From: Enoplolaimus lenunculus
Taxonomy: Eukaryota
Length of the DNA stretch: 64,000 nt
Direction: 5' to 3'
Assembly (NCBI GenBank): GCA_030248215.1
Contig: JASANG010001737.1
Span: forward strand, 558,001 to 622,000
The position numbers and the translations under genes were made by a program. Shown here in pieces: positions 25,401 to 37,400 of this stretch (its first letter is position 1; the number at the start of each line of letters is the position of its first letter). The notes under the pieces are model-generated. The model was not told where the DNA came from and searched no databases. It was given only the letters and a program-made list of their open reading frames with translations.

Positions 25401-28400
25401 ATTTCTTACATTGAAGAAATATAATTAACAAGGTGAACTTGAAAAGTATTTCTGTTGTATAACAGAAAAGTTTTCTAAAAAGCTCTGAAATAAACTATGA
25501 AAATAAACGTTTTCCAGTTATTTGTAGAAAAATTGTCTTAAATATCAGGAAAACTTTTCAGATTTGCCACAGAAAATACTTTTCTGAATAAATTCAGAAA
25601 TACTTTTGTGTGTGTATTTTAAACGATCGCGTAGGTATCGTTTTGTAAGCTTAGAAGCAGAATCATTCTCACAATAACAATGACTAACAGATTGTAGGCC
25701 TTGAAACGGCATTTAAGAAAATATATTTCATTTGGTTGTGTCGATTGTAATGAATTAGTGGGCGAGCATCAAAGTTAGCAAAACTTGCTTACATTAGGTA
25801 ACTTTCCGCTGCAAGTCGTACTAGTAGTGCCCCACGAAGGGCCAAAACGTTGGCTGTATTTTGGAGACATGACTTAATTTCGATTTCGACTAAACGACAA
25901 TTTACTTGGTAAGTTTTAAGCTTTAACTATGCCCGAAAGTGTCCAGTTGTGATTGCAATGATTTATAGTCGATGTTTTCGGAAATAAATAGGTACGTTAC
26001 GCGGGCCCATGTAAAGATCAGGGGCGGAGAGTTTTTCTGTGGGACTACAATAGAGTAACCTCAAGCTTTAGACAATTTTTTGCTTGGCTTAGGCTTAGGC
26101 GTAAGCTCAGGCTTAGGCTTAGGCTTAGGCTTAGGAATATGCTCATTCTTACGCGTAGGTTTAGGTTTAGGCTTAGGCTTAGGCTTAGGAATATGCTTAT
26201 AATACTGTACCGCCCCTGAGGTCGACGTTAGGTTATGCCTCTGTAGCTTAGTCATTATTAATTTTAACCTAAAATAATTTTTTAGCGATATGTCCAAGTC
26301 CACCAATGGTCGGCAACGCGTCATACACCGTTAGTCAACCAGGAGTTGCAGTAATTGAAGGCGTATACTACGTTTATAAGTGTGCGGCAGGATGGCTTAT
26401 GTTGGGCAATGATACTCTGGAGTGTTTGATAACTGGACATTATGATAAACGACCGCCGACATGTGAAAGTATTAAGCTGCAAGGGTGGCTGGATAATGAA
26501 CGAATTGGTCCCTAAGGCCGATTTCTGTATTCGGGCTCCGAAAAACTTTTGATGAATAATCGGGACTCGAATGATTCTGAGTTCAAAGTTTCATTTACAA
26601 ACATTCGTCATGGCCCTCAGACAGCGGCCGCACTGGCGTTCATTCTGATTCGCTTCTGGTTAACTATTAAAGCTATTTTTGACCAATCGGATTCAGCGTT
26701 TCAGCTAAAGAAGTAAACTTTGTTGTAAGGCGAACGTAATTTTTAAGAAAAATTTGTTAGTCAAGAGAAAATATGATAAATTTATAGAAGAAATAACTTA
26801 ATTTTGGAGAAAATAACGAAAACGAAATTGAAAAACAACATTTACAACTGCAGATAAGTTTTTGGCTCGTGACGTCACCTAAACGAAGCTGACGAGTATA
26901 GACCATCAGACCATCTCGTGACGTCACCTAAACGAAGCAGACAAGTATAGACCATCAGACCATCTCGTGACGTCACCTAAACGAAGCAGACAAGTATAGA
27001 CCATCAGACCATCTCGTGACGTCACCTAAACGAAGCAGACAAGTATAGACCATCAGACCATCTCGTGACGTCACCTAAACGAAGCAGACAAGTATAGACC
27101 ATCAGACCATCTCGTGACGTCACCTAATCGAAGCAGACGAGTATAGACCATCTTGAATACTTTCTAGGCGAAATTTGTGAACTGAAAAATATTCTACATT
27201 AAACTTCAACCAAGCAAATCTATTCATAAACAACGTATCTAAACTGAATAGTAATTATTACCTCAGCTCAACATTCTATGGAAGGGGCCGCTATATTTTA
27301 GGCGGAGCACACGATCAAAATAACAAGCTTGCAAGCTTCGCTAACACGTTTTCCAGGAAACGCCAAATTTTGTCTAAGGGGAGCGCTAAGACCACTCCCC
27401 CCGTTGCGAACCAAATGTTTATCTGTTAGACGCTTTTGCAGCACAGACACCGCTCGAAACATTTATTTCCGACAGAATAGAGATTGACAACGGACTCCCC
27501 ATTTTCAAAATTCTACCATTTTGAATGGCATCATTTATTTTCCAGAAATATGCTCGGATCCGGAACGTTTGGCGAATGGAATGTGGTCAGCAACGCGAAT
27601 TCCGATTATTGAAGGCGACACAGTCAGCAATGACTGTTACAATGGATATTTTTTAGTTGGAGCCGACGTTCAACTGTGTCAATCGAGTGGCATGTTTTCA
27701 CAGCCGAACCCAATCTGTTACAGTTAGTTTTCTAGCAAGAGTTGATAATGACTCTTGTTACAAGAGTGTGCAACTGAGTACATTCTGTGTACAAAACAAT
27801 ATACCGAGCGCACGTTGCGTTTTTTGGCCTACACCACTCTTATTTAGAGGAGTACACCTTGTGCGGACCATAGCACTGGCTGTATTCGGCATTAAAAATA
27901 CTCCGCTTATTGTTTAAGTTGGGTGTATTTCATGTGATAACGACCCTTCTAAATAAAGAGGGTCGGCCAAAAAAGCAACGCCTGGTGGTACAGTTTGTAC
28001 CACACAAATTTCGTGAGTTGCACACTTTTAGCCAGCTTATCCCAACACACAAGCTTAAGCCTAAACCTTATTTTAAGCCTACGTTAAGCCACAGTCAGGG
28101 CAGGAGCAGCCACCCTCTATATCCCCTCCCCATTTGGGGTCCACCCCTAAAGGGGCCCCCACCCACAACGGTTGAAACAAAAACCGCCGAAGTTTTAAAA
28201 TGCGTCTGGCCTCTCGTTCGCTTCTCGTACACACCATGTGATTAATTTCAAATGCCACTTGCGTACTTGCAGTTTATGTTCACATTAGTTGATATTTTAA
28301 GCAGGGATTAGTCTAAGCAAGAGTGGATGATATATAACATAACAAGAGTGCGCAACTGGGTATATTCTGTGTGCAAACAAATGTACCCAATGCACATGGA

Positions 28401-31400
28401 GTGTTGGGCCGGCCCCCCTTATTTAGAGTGGGGGTTGAAATATGCACAGAGCGAAACAAAATACATAATATGCGATACCAAAAAGAATTCTGTATATAGT
28501 CTAAAAACTACAGAATATTATATCATGGGACATTGACCCCGTCTAAATAAGGGGGGTACAGCAAAAATGCAACGCGCGTGGTGGCATAATTTTGTACCGT
28601 GTGGAACCCAAAAAAGTTGCACACTCTTGTATCATGCACTCTTGGTGAAAGTTACTGCACGAACGAAATCTTCTCAAAGTTTGTTTTTAAATTCAAATGT
28701 AAAAAAACTTTTTGGACGCCTAAAATTCAGATGGTAATTTTTACAAGTCGGCTAAATGTGCTTCTTTGCCTAACTGTTTAAAATTTTTGCAAATGATATA
28801 TTATTCACTCTATCTTGTCCTTGTATAAACATCCTACTGATATTTGCATTTTTGCCAGAAATTTGCCCAGATCCAGCCAACATCGACCATGGCCAATTTC
28901 GCACCAGTTCAACGCCGAATATCATGAATGTGACCGCAAATTACCACTGTGACAGCGGGTATTTTCTCGTTGGACAGCCAAGATTAAAGTGTCAGCGCAA
29001 CGGCACATGGAATTCGTTTGAAACGCCGATATGTAAAAGTAAAATTATATTTTATTTCCAAATATTAATGTTCTAAAATATATACATTTGACTAAGTATT
29101 ATCTAAAGTTGAACGGGCACGAGTGTGATGCTTGCGTGGTTGAGGTATTACGATGTCACTTTATGCCGGCCTTTTTCTGATATGCCCCCAAGCAGTTAAG
29201 AGTGGGTAGCATTGTCGAGTCGTATAACGGAGTGCAAGCAGCAGTGTATTACGTGCTCATACAGTACTAGAGAAAATGATAACATCGGCCGCGTGGTGTA
29301 ACGTTTAGCTCGCTTGACTCGCGAGCGAGAGGTCCGACGTTCGATTCCAGGCGTGGCCATATATTTCGGAGAAAGAGAAAAAACCATGTATACTCGCAGT
29401 ACTTCGGAGAGAGGGGTCGTCCCCAGCGTGTAGTTCTGACAGTATGGTTTACACAGTACCTTTGATCAATTAAGAACTGCAATGACTAAATTGTGCCACT
29501 GACCTACCGCCCTCAATTATAGGGGGTACCACAGAAGAAAATGCGTGTGATGCAAATTAGGATTTTACAAACGGACCCAAAGTCTAAATGTGAACCAATA
29601 ATTGTACCGTGAATCACAAATATAAACCTGACCAGATCTTTGAAAGTTATTAAGAGTGAAAATTTTTTACTGTAGTAATTTAGAATGAAAAGTTTCATTA
29701 ACGTTGCTTTTAATACTACTTTTAATACAAAATTCAGCTGTTCCACGCTGTCCCAACCATTTTAAGTTAAGGCTTAGTTTAGGCAAAGGTTTACGCATTA
29801 AACAAGTCGTTTCCAACGTATCACACTCAAAAAAGTAGTTCTGAATTTATTCAGAAAAGTATTTTCTGTGGCAAATCTGAAAAGTTTTTCTGATATTTAA
29901 GACAATTTTTCTACAAATAACTGGAACACGTTTATTTTCATAGTTTATTTCAGAGCTTTTTAGAAAACTTTTCTGTTATAAAAACAGAAATACTTTTCAC
30001 ATGCACCATACCAATTATATTTATTAAATGTAAGTAATTTTTTCTTAAATATCAGAAATATTATTTTGAGTGCAGTTTAAGCTTAAAAGTCAAAGCTTAA
30101 AAATGAAGCAACGTGCACAAGGGTCAATAGTTTAATTTATAGAAATATGCGAGCCACAAAATATTGACGATGGCAGTTTTAATGTTAGCCGAACTCCGTT
30201 GATCGAAGGACGAACAGTGACGTACTCGTGTGATCAACAGCGACACTTAGTGGGTAACAAAGTGTTATCCTGTTTGGCTGATGGACGCTTTGATCATGGT
30301 CCGCCAGAATGCTCGCGTATGACAAGAGTTTGTTGTTGAATTCCATTTTAAAAACTTATGCTACTTGTTAAATTTTAAATTTCTAACCAATTGTAATTTT
30401 TTTGTTCCTGTAAACGTAGTTATAACCCCCTGGAACTGCCATTTTCGTGGCGTCCCATGGGGGGTATTTACTCAGCTTTGCAGTCGTTTAACCAATAAAA
30501 TAGTAAAGTATGAAATCACTCAGAAATGCATGTAAACTTTATTAAAATATTCTTTCCTTATCGAAATTCCCTTGTAACGAGGGAAAGGTCGCGGCGGGTG
30601 CGAAACCAGGGATAGGTCGCGGCGGGTGCGAAACCAGGGATAGGTCGCGGCGGGTGCGAAACCAGGGATAGGTCGCGGCGGGTGCGAAACCAGGGATAGG
30701 TCGCGGCGGTTGCGAAACCAGGGATAGGTCGCGGCGGGTGCGAGAAGTTTTCGTCACTTTTAGTAGATGAAACCTGTATAATATTTTGCGATAATATTGT
30801 TAAAGAGAACAAAGTTTACGCAATGCTTCCGTTGATTACCTTGAAGTGGGGACCCGGGTTAATATTTTCAAATGGTTATCGCACCTCGTATTAGATATTA
30901 GTTTGTGCATAGGTTTTCAAACCAGCGAATTACTCCAACTACAATTAAGAACTACGCCACTGTGAAATAGAAACATCCAAAGCATAAAATATTTCGAATT
31001 TGATAAACATTGATTCATCGAAACAAAAGTTTATAAGACCTATTGCTAAATGGTGGTAGCTGCTGTACTCAGCTGAAGATTTCTGACCTGTACATAAAAC
31101 AAATTTGTCTCATAGAAAAGAAAATTATCCGAAATTTAAGACAATTATGTGTTACTACAGAATCCAGATATATACGTCTTGAATACGCTCGTAAAGAATA
31201 TAGACGAAGTAACACGTTTTTGCGTGTGGTTACATATATAGTTTTTAATTCAGCATCTAAATTATTTCATTATGCGTTACAGAAATATGTCCTACACCAG
31301 ATCCTGTATCATTCGGTTCGTTTACGCAAAGCAGTGTCGTTATAACTCGTAACGTCACAGTCAATTTTACTTGCGACCTTGGCATGGTTCTAACAAGTAA

Positions 31401-34400
31401 GCTGAAACGGTTTGATGGCCTAAGGTGGTTTAAGAATAGAACCCAAAACGATTGACGGGTGTGATTGCTATTGGTGGCCATAAAAGCTTCAACTCTGAAA
31501 TTGGTCAAGAAACGCATTATTGGAATCTACGGTTTAAGCACTGAAAATGCAGGGTTTTTGGTTAAACTTTAAAACTGAAACCGTCATTTCATGTGACATT
31601 ATTTTAACCTCATTAATTATACGTTTTGTCTAGAAACTTACGTACCGTTCTGATGTTTTCTGAGTCCCCTCTCATATTATCTTTGTGGTATGGGAAAAAT
31701 TATTGGCAGCGGGTTTAGAATTAGGCTTATGCTTACGCGGATACTTAAAGTTATGCTTAGACTGACACTTATCATGCTTAGAAAACATAGGAATGGATGA
31801 TTGTGTTGTTAGTGACAAAATTTAAGGGTCAAGTTAAGACATGACCACTGCAAGACAGATAATTTAGCGACCGACGCCCACGATGGCTTAGGCTAAGGCT
31901 AATGTTTAGGCTTAGTCTTAGGTTTAGGCTTAATTAGCAAGCTTGTATAGTTAACACGAGTCAATGATAGTATTATTTTAGGTTTTGACTGCGGAAACTC
32001 AAACAGCGAGTCTTCATGTAGTTCGAGAATACATTCATCTAATTTGTTGACGCTCACTTGCCTGGCAAATGGGGAATATGACAATGCGTATCCAAGCTGT
32101 GTTGGTAAGCGCCAGGGGATCGAGAAACCCGTCCGCGGCGGATACAGTAATTTCTGACAGTGGAGAAACGGGCTGACAAACGTTATGAAACGCTATTTTT
32201 TACTGTATGCTATATATGTGACATTTTTCTGAGGTGGGAATTGTCATCAGGTAGGAATTTTACCATTTCTTGATAAATTTTCTGACGGAGACTGTTCATC
32301 CCGCATATGGATCCGCTAGAAAAGATCAGTTTAGTATGTATTTAATGACTATTTTTATGAACAATTCCAATCTTGGCCAATTACTGATTGCACATATGTT
32401 ATGATGTACAAATCGTCTGGTGCAATTTGGTAAATTTACCTGCAAAACATGCATTTTTAGTTGTCTTCGAAACTGTATCACGTTTTCGTTAATTTCGTTG
32501 CTAAATAATCAAGCCAATTTCTAGTAACAGCTCAACGCCATGAACAGGACCGGCATTCGGGATCTCAACCCCAAACAGGCCCGAAAGGACACCAATAAAA
32601 TGTTTCACACCTTCATAACTTGGTGGTCCGAGGACAAAATTTTAGTTTGCAAAGACCAGGGGTTCGCCATGGGTCAGGGCCCCACAATTGGGGGCTTTGG
32701 GGGTTGTTCCGCCTGTACAGGCCATGAACATAAGTAAGTTTGGGGGTATATTTTGGTTGATAATTTATTGTCGTCAATATATACGGAGTTCAAAAATATG
32801 TGGTGCGGCAAGGTCGAAAGCTACAGAGACAACAATTATTGCTACGTAAACTATATTGTCAGTGTAAAAATTTTCGACAAGACGTGAAAATATTTCGATT
32901 GACCTGATTTTTGGAAACTTTTCATATTTAACCAGCAACATAAATTCCGGTATTATTTTCTCAAACCCCATTCACACGTGCAAGTTTTTGCTGCGAGAAC
33001 TTGCAGCAGCTGCAGCTTGCACTTGCAAGTTTTGTCTAAAATCCCGGTTCGCAAAACTTGCAGCTGCAAACAATTCATTAAAAATCATAGTTAGAAATTT
33101 AGTTCGCATGTGTGAACAACCATGCAAATTTATTGAATTTATTGCAGTCGGTTTCTCATTGGCTGATGAAAAAATGCAAGTCCTGCGTGCAATTTGCAGC
33201 TGCAAGTTCTCACAGCAAAAACGTGCACGTGTGAATACGGCTTTACTGAAACTATGCTTTTTAGGTTTATTACAATCAGTGCCAAATATTTAGTAGGACA
33301 ATTTATTTCAATGAACTCAAACCTGTTTCGTTGGTAACTTTTGCTTAAAACTGTGTAGCAAACCACACATTAATGACATCTTAAGCTTCTATTTTTATCT
33401 TGAAATAAAGTTTGAAATCTGCGCTTGCGCACACAAAGGCAGTCATCATGGCCCAACCAGTACCCCCAGCAGCGATTTAAACTAAAATGTTTTATGATTT
33501 AGTACTAAAATGGCGTTCAGCTTCTTACTCGCTTCTCTCGCGAGCTTTTTTCACTATTATATACCGCACGGCGTTTTCCATCAGAAAATTACTGGATCAG
33601 TCACTGAAGATCAGGACCCGTATTCTCAAATGTGTGTAGCACCTATCAAGAGTCGGTGATTGGTCTTGTAACTTTCAAGCCAGTGATTGCTCAAGCTTAA
33701 AATTCAGCGCATTTTTCGCATATGACTTGCTGTACTCCTGTACCAATTTTAATTCAACAACTGCAACAGTTAGTGAGTTTGGATACATATTACTAAACTG
33801 ATGATAGTTGCTATACAAATTTGAGAATATAGGCGTAGTTCATCGTTTTTTTACAATTTTAGGTTGTAAAACGGATTTGTCGCTGACGCATGGATTTGTC
33901 ACGTACAGTCATGATCCAATGATTTCCAACGGTACAGTATCGTTTACATGTGATCCAAAGTACAAATTGATTGGTGACCCCAATGCAACATGCGTTGCAC
34001 GAGAGTACGATAGAAATCCGCCAGTCTGCAGGGGTTAGTTTGTTCAATTAATAAAGTTAAACACAGCGATAGCAAGAAATGACGACAATTATTATCTTTC
34101 ATTCAATTTGGATATATGGACTCTATTGAAGCCGAAGCCATTTTTACTTTTAGGGCCGTAACAGTAGATTAAGGGTATTCCTAAGCCTAAGCCTAAGCCT
34201 AAGCGTTGCAAAAGCGTGTTCCTAAGCCTAAGTCTATGCTTAAGCGTAAGCAACAAATGTAGTCTAGATTGTAAGTCTACTCTTTTATAGTCCCACCGGA
34301 AACCGGGACGGCCCTAAAAGTAACATGGGCCGAAGTTGGAATGGGCTTAATTTGCCAGTATAATAATTCCATTGACTGGAATTAGGTTCACCTAGCAACC

Positions 34401-37400
34401 GCATTGTCTTTTGGGATAAGTCGGTCACCAGCTGATCCAAGGCGGGTTTATTCTGGCCTTGACCTACTTACTACGGTTCGAAACGTGGGATTTGTATTTA
34501 GGTTCAGAGCTAAAATGGCTTTCGGGTTTTCGGTCGCTTCACTCACGCGATTTTTGTCACGATTATTTCTCGAGTAGAGGATTCCGTATCCGCAAATCTA
34601 TGGATCCGCCACTGAGTGATATCAACAGTTGACAATACTCCTAGACAAGAGCATGCAACTGCCTGGGCTGTGTATGGTACTGAATGTACCAGCACGCGTT
34701 GCGTTTTTGCCTGTTTCCCCTTACTTAGGGGGTCGATGTCACAATACCACTAAATTTGCTTTATCGCAGTTTCAAATAATAAACCGAAAAATTTTTGATG
34801 CCGTGAAAAGTGACATATTTTTCAAGGGTTTCACAATTTGAATCCCCGTAAATAACGGGCGGTAGCGCAAAAATGGAACGTTCTCTGGGTACAGTCTTCT
34901 ATCCACAGAATGTATCCAGTTGCACACTGTTGTAAAAAGAGTCATTATCGACACTTGGTGGCATGAATTTACCAAAATTCTCCGAAATCACAACAAATGA
35001 TTCGTATCCACTATTGTGCATGAAACATTAACGGATATGTTTCCGTTAGACTTTTTAAGCTTTCGATTTTTAATATTTTTATTAAAAATTAACACAACAG
35101 TTCAGCCTGTTTAATAATCATTCATGTTTTTGTTAAATTTTTATTTCTTTATCAAAACATTTTATAATTTTTTCAGACCGATTTTTGTTTACAATCATTA
35201 CAGATTGTAATATCGATTCAATATCGCTACATTTATACCAGATCGGGGCAAGGATTTTTGGGATTTTAATTTTCTAGCAATTTGCGATCCACCTCAAGCT
35301 GCAACCAATCGGCTAAACAGCGTATTTTGGTCAACCAACAACACCGTTGAAATTCTCGACGGTGACTCGATCGAATTTCACTGCTACGACGAGTATTTGC
35401 TCGTCGGAGCGCAGTTGCTTACATGCCAAAGCGATCATAACTACGATAATGAAGAACCACAGTGCAAACGTACGAAATAAAAGACTTAGATTTCTGTTTA
35501 ATTTTTTGAAATTTTTAATTTGAAATGAAATGGTGTTAAAATTTCAACTTTCTCGGCTTCATAAATGTAGAATATGGCATAACTTGACTCTACAGACAAG
35601 GGTACTTGTTATTTTTTTGCCCAACACTAATGTTAATTTAATAGAAAGCGAACAGTTTCCATTCACAGTGTTTATACTCTCTAAAAGCTTAAACTAACTT
35701 GATTTATGCTTAAGGTAATCCCGCAGTATTAAACTAACTTTATAGAGTAACCAAAGTAACAGGTAGGTTTGCGCTTAGACTCATTTAAAATCTTACATAT
35801 TTTTAGTTTAAGCTATATTTAACGAACTGTTAAATACACGTAATTTCTGGGCTGCATCTGTTACTTAAACTAAAAATAAGCTTACTTAAACCCGTGTTAA
35901 ACTTAAAAACGTGTTAGTTTAAGTAACTGGAAACGGAAACCGATATCCGGTATACATCCTGCTATGAGATTTTATAAATATACAATTTTTGAAATGATAT
36001 TTGTGCGTATGCCAGTGCTAGTTGAACCTCGTATCGCCAAGAATACGCCATCGAAAATAGGGCTCTTGTTACTTTTAGGGGCAACAGGTTTCTGGTCGGT
36101 CCATAAAAAGTAGGTTTAGATTCTTTATTAATACATTTTTGCTTAGGCTTAGGCTTAGGCTAAGGCTTAGGAACACACGTTTGCAACGCTTACGCTCAGG
36201 AATACGCTTTAGTCTACTGTTACGCCCCTAAAAGTAACATTGGCCGAAAATAAAATGAGTAGTAAAGGCATGACTGTGTTGAAAATTGAAATAAGTATAT
36301 GCTTGTCCGGGTACATATGCAATTTGCGTTGAGCTGTATAGTATTCGGTAGAAATTAGGCAAACTGGTTGATCCTTTTAAATTTAGGTATCTGCTTCGGA
36401 CATCCTAACGACGTTTCGAATGGCGATCTGACAGTAGAACGTGAACAAGGATTTGTCATCGAGGGTCTAACGATTACTACTGACTGCGATGAAAATTACG
36501 AACTTGACGGAAATGCAGTTGCAACTTGCACCAGCAACGGTTTGCTAGATCCAAGCGTTGCTAATTGCACTTATAGTAATAATAAACGATATAAGTTAGC
36601 ACAATTTTTCAAAGATATGAGGGTATCAGCAGTAGGTGGGGCTAACACCAACCGAAAGGGGAACACGTATTATAATTGTCATAAAAGTCGAAAGTAAATA
36701 CGCATGTTCCTAAACGAACAGCTATTGAAAGAATAGGTATGAATCTTTGGTTTACTTATAATAGTTTCGGCCAATGTAAAGAACATAAAAGTAACAGTAG
36801 TATAAGCATATTCCTGCGCCTAAACCTAAACCTAAAAGCGCAAGTGTAAAAATAAACTTACACCTTAAAGCGTAAGTAAAAAAATTAGTCGAAAGCTTAC
36901 TCTATTGCAGTCCCGCAGAAAAGCGTTCCGCCTATGATCTTTGCATGGGCCATAGATTTTTATGCACTGGAATTACCAATTTGCGTTTTACGTTAAACTT
37001 CGAAATGCAAATACGTTGCCTTCTTGCAAGAAATTACCATATCTAATCAGTGGTATGTTTCATACAAGCAGTGCCGGAGCAGACGGGGGTGGTGGCTCCG
37101 CCCAAATTCCAGGGTGAAGGATCCCAAACTCTCGAGCGAAGCGAGCGAGAAGCCGGACGCATTTAAAACTTTGGCGGTCTTTGTTTCAACCGGTTAAGGT
37201 GTGGGCCGTTTTAGGGGTGCCCCCCTAAAACGGGGAGTATGGGGGTGGCTGCTCCGGCCCTGTACACAAGCACCGCTTACAAGAATGAAATCTTATTGCA
37301 CCAAATGAGATCTGCGGTGCAGCAGAGGGGGGTGTGGCGATGGGGCCTTGGCCGGTCAAAAGACTCTGACAGATATATCTCTATCTGAATAACTAAATGC

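Noticed and set aside
26866..27152. CRISPR-like array (also considered for 30580-30743 and 4253-5411)
   Set aside because: Units are contiguous near-identical repeats with no unique spacers; the context is a eukaryotic intron with no cas genes.
1033..36575. Assignment to SVEP1, CSMD, CR1 or a named ADGR gene
   Set aside because: No vWA, CUB, EGF, pentraxin or GAIN domain is seen in the window and the C-terminus is 7TM; no gene symbol is justified.
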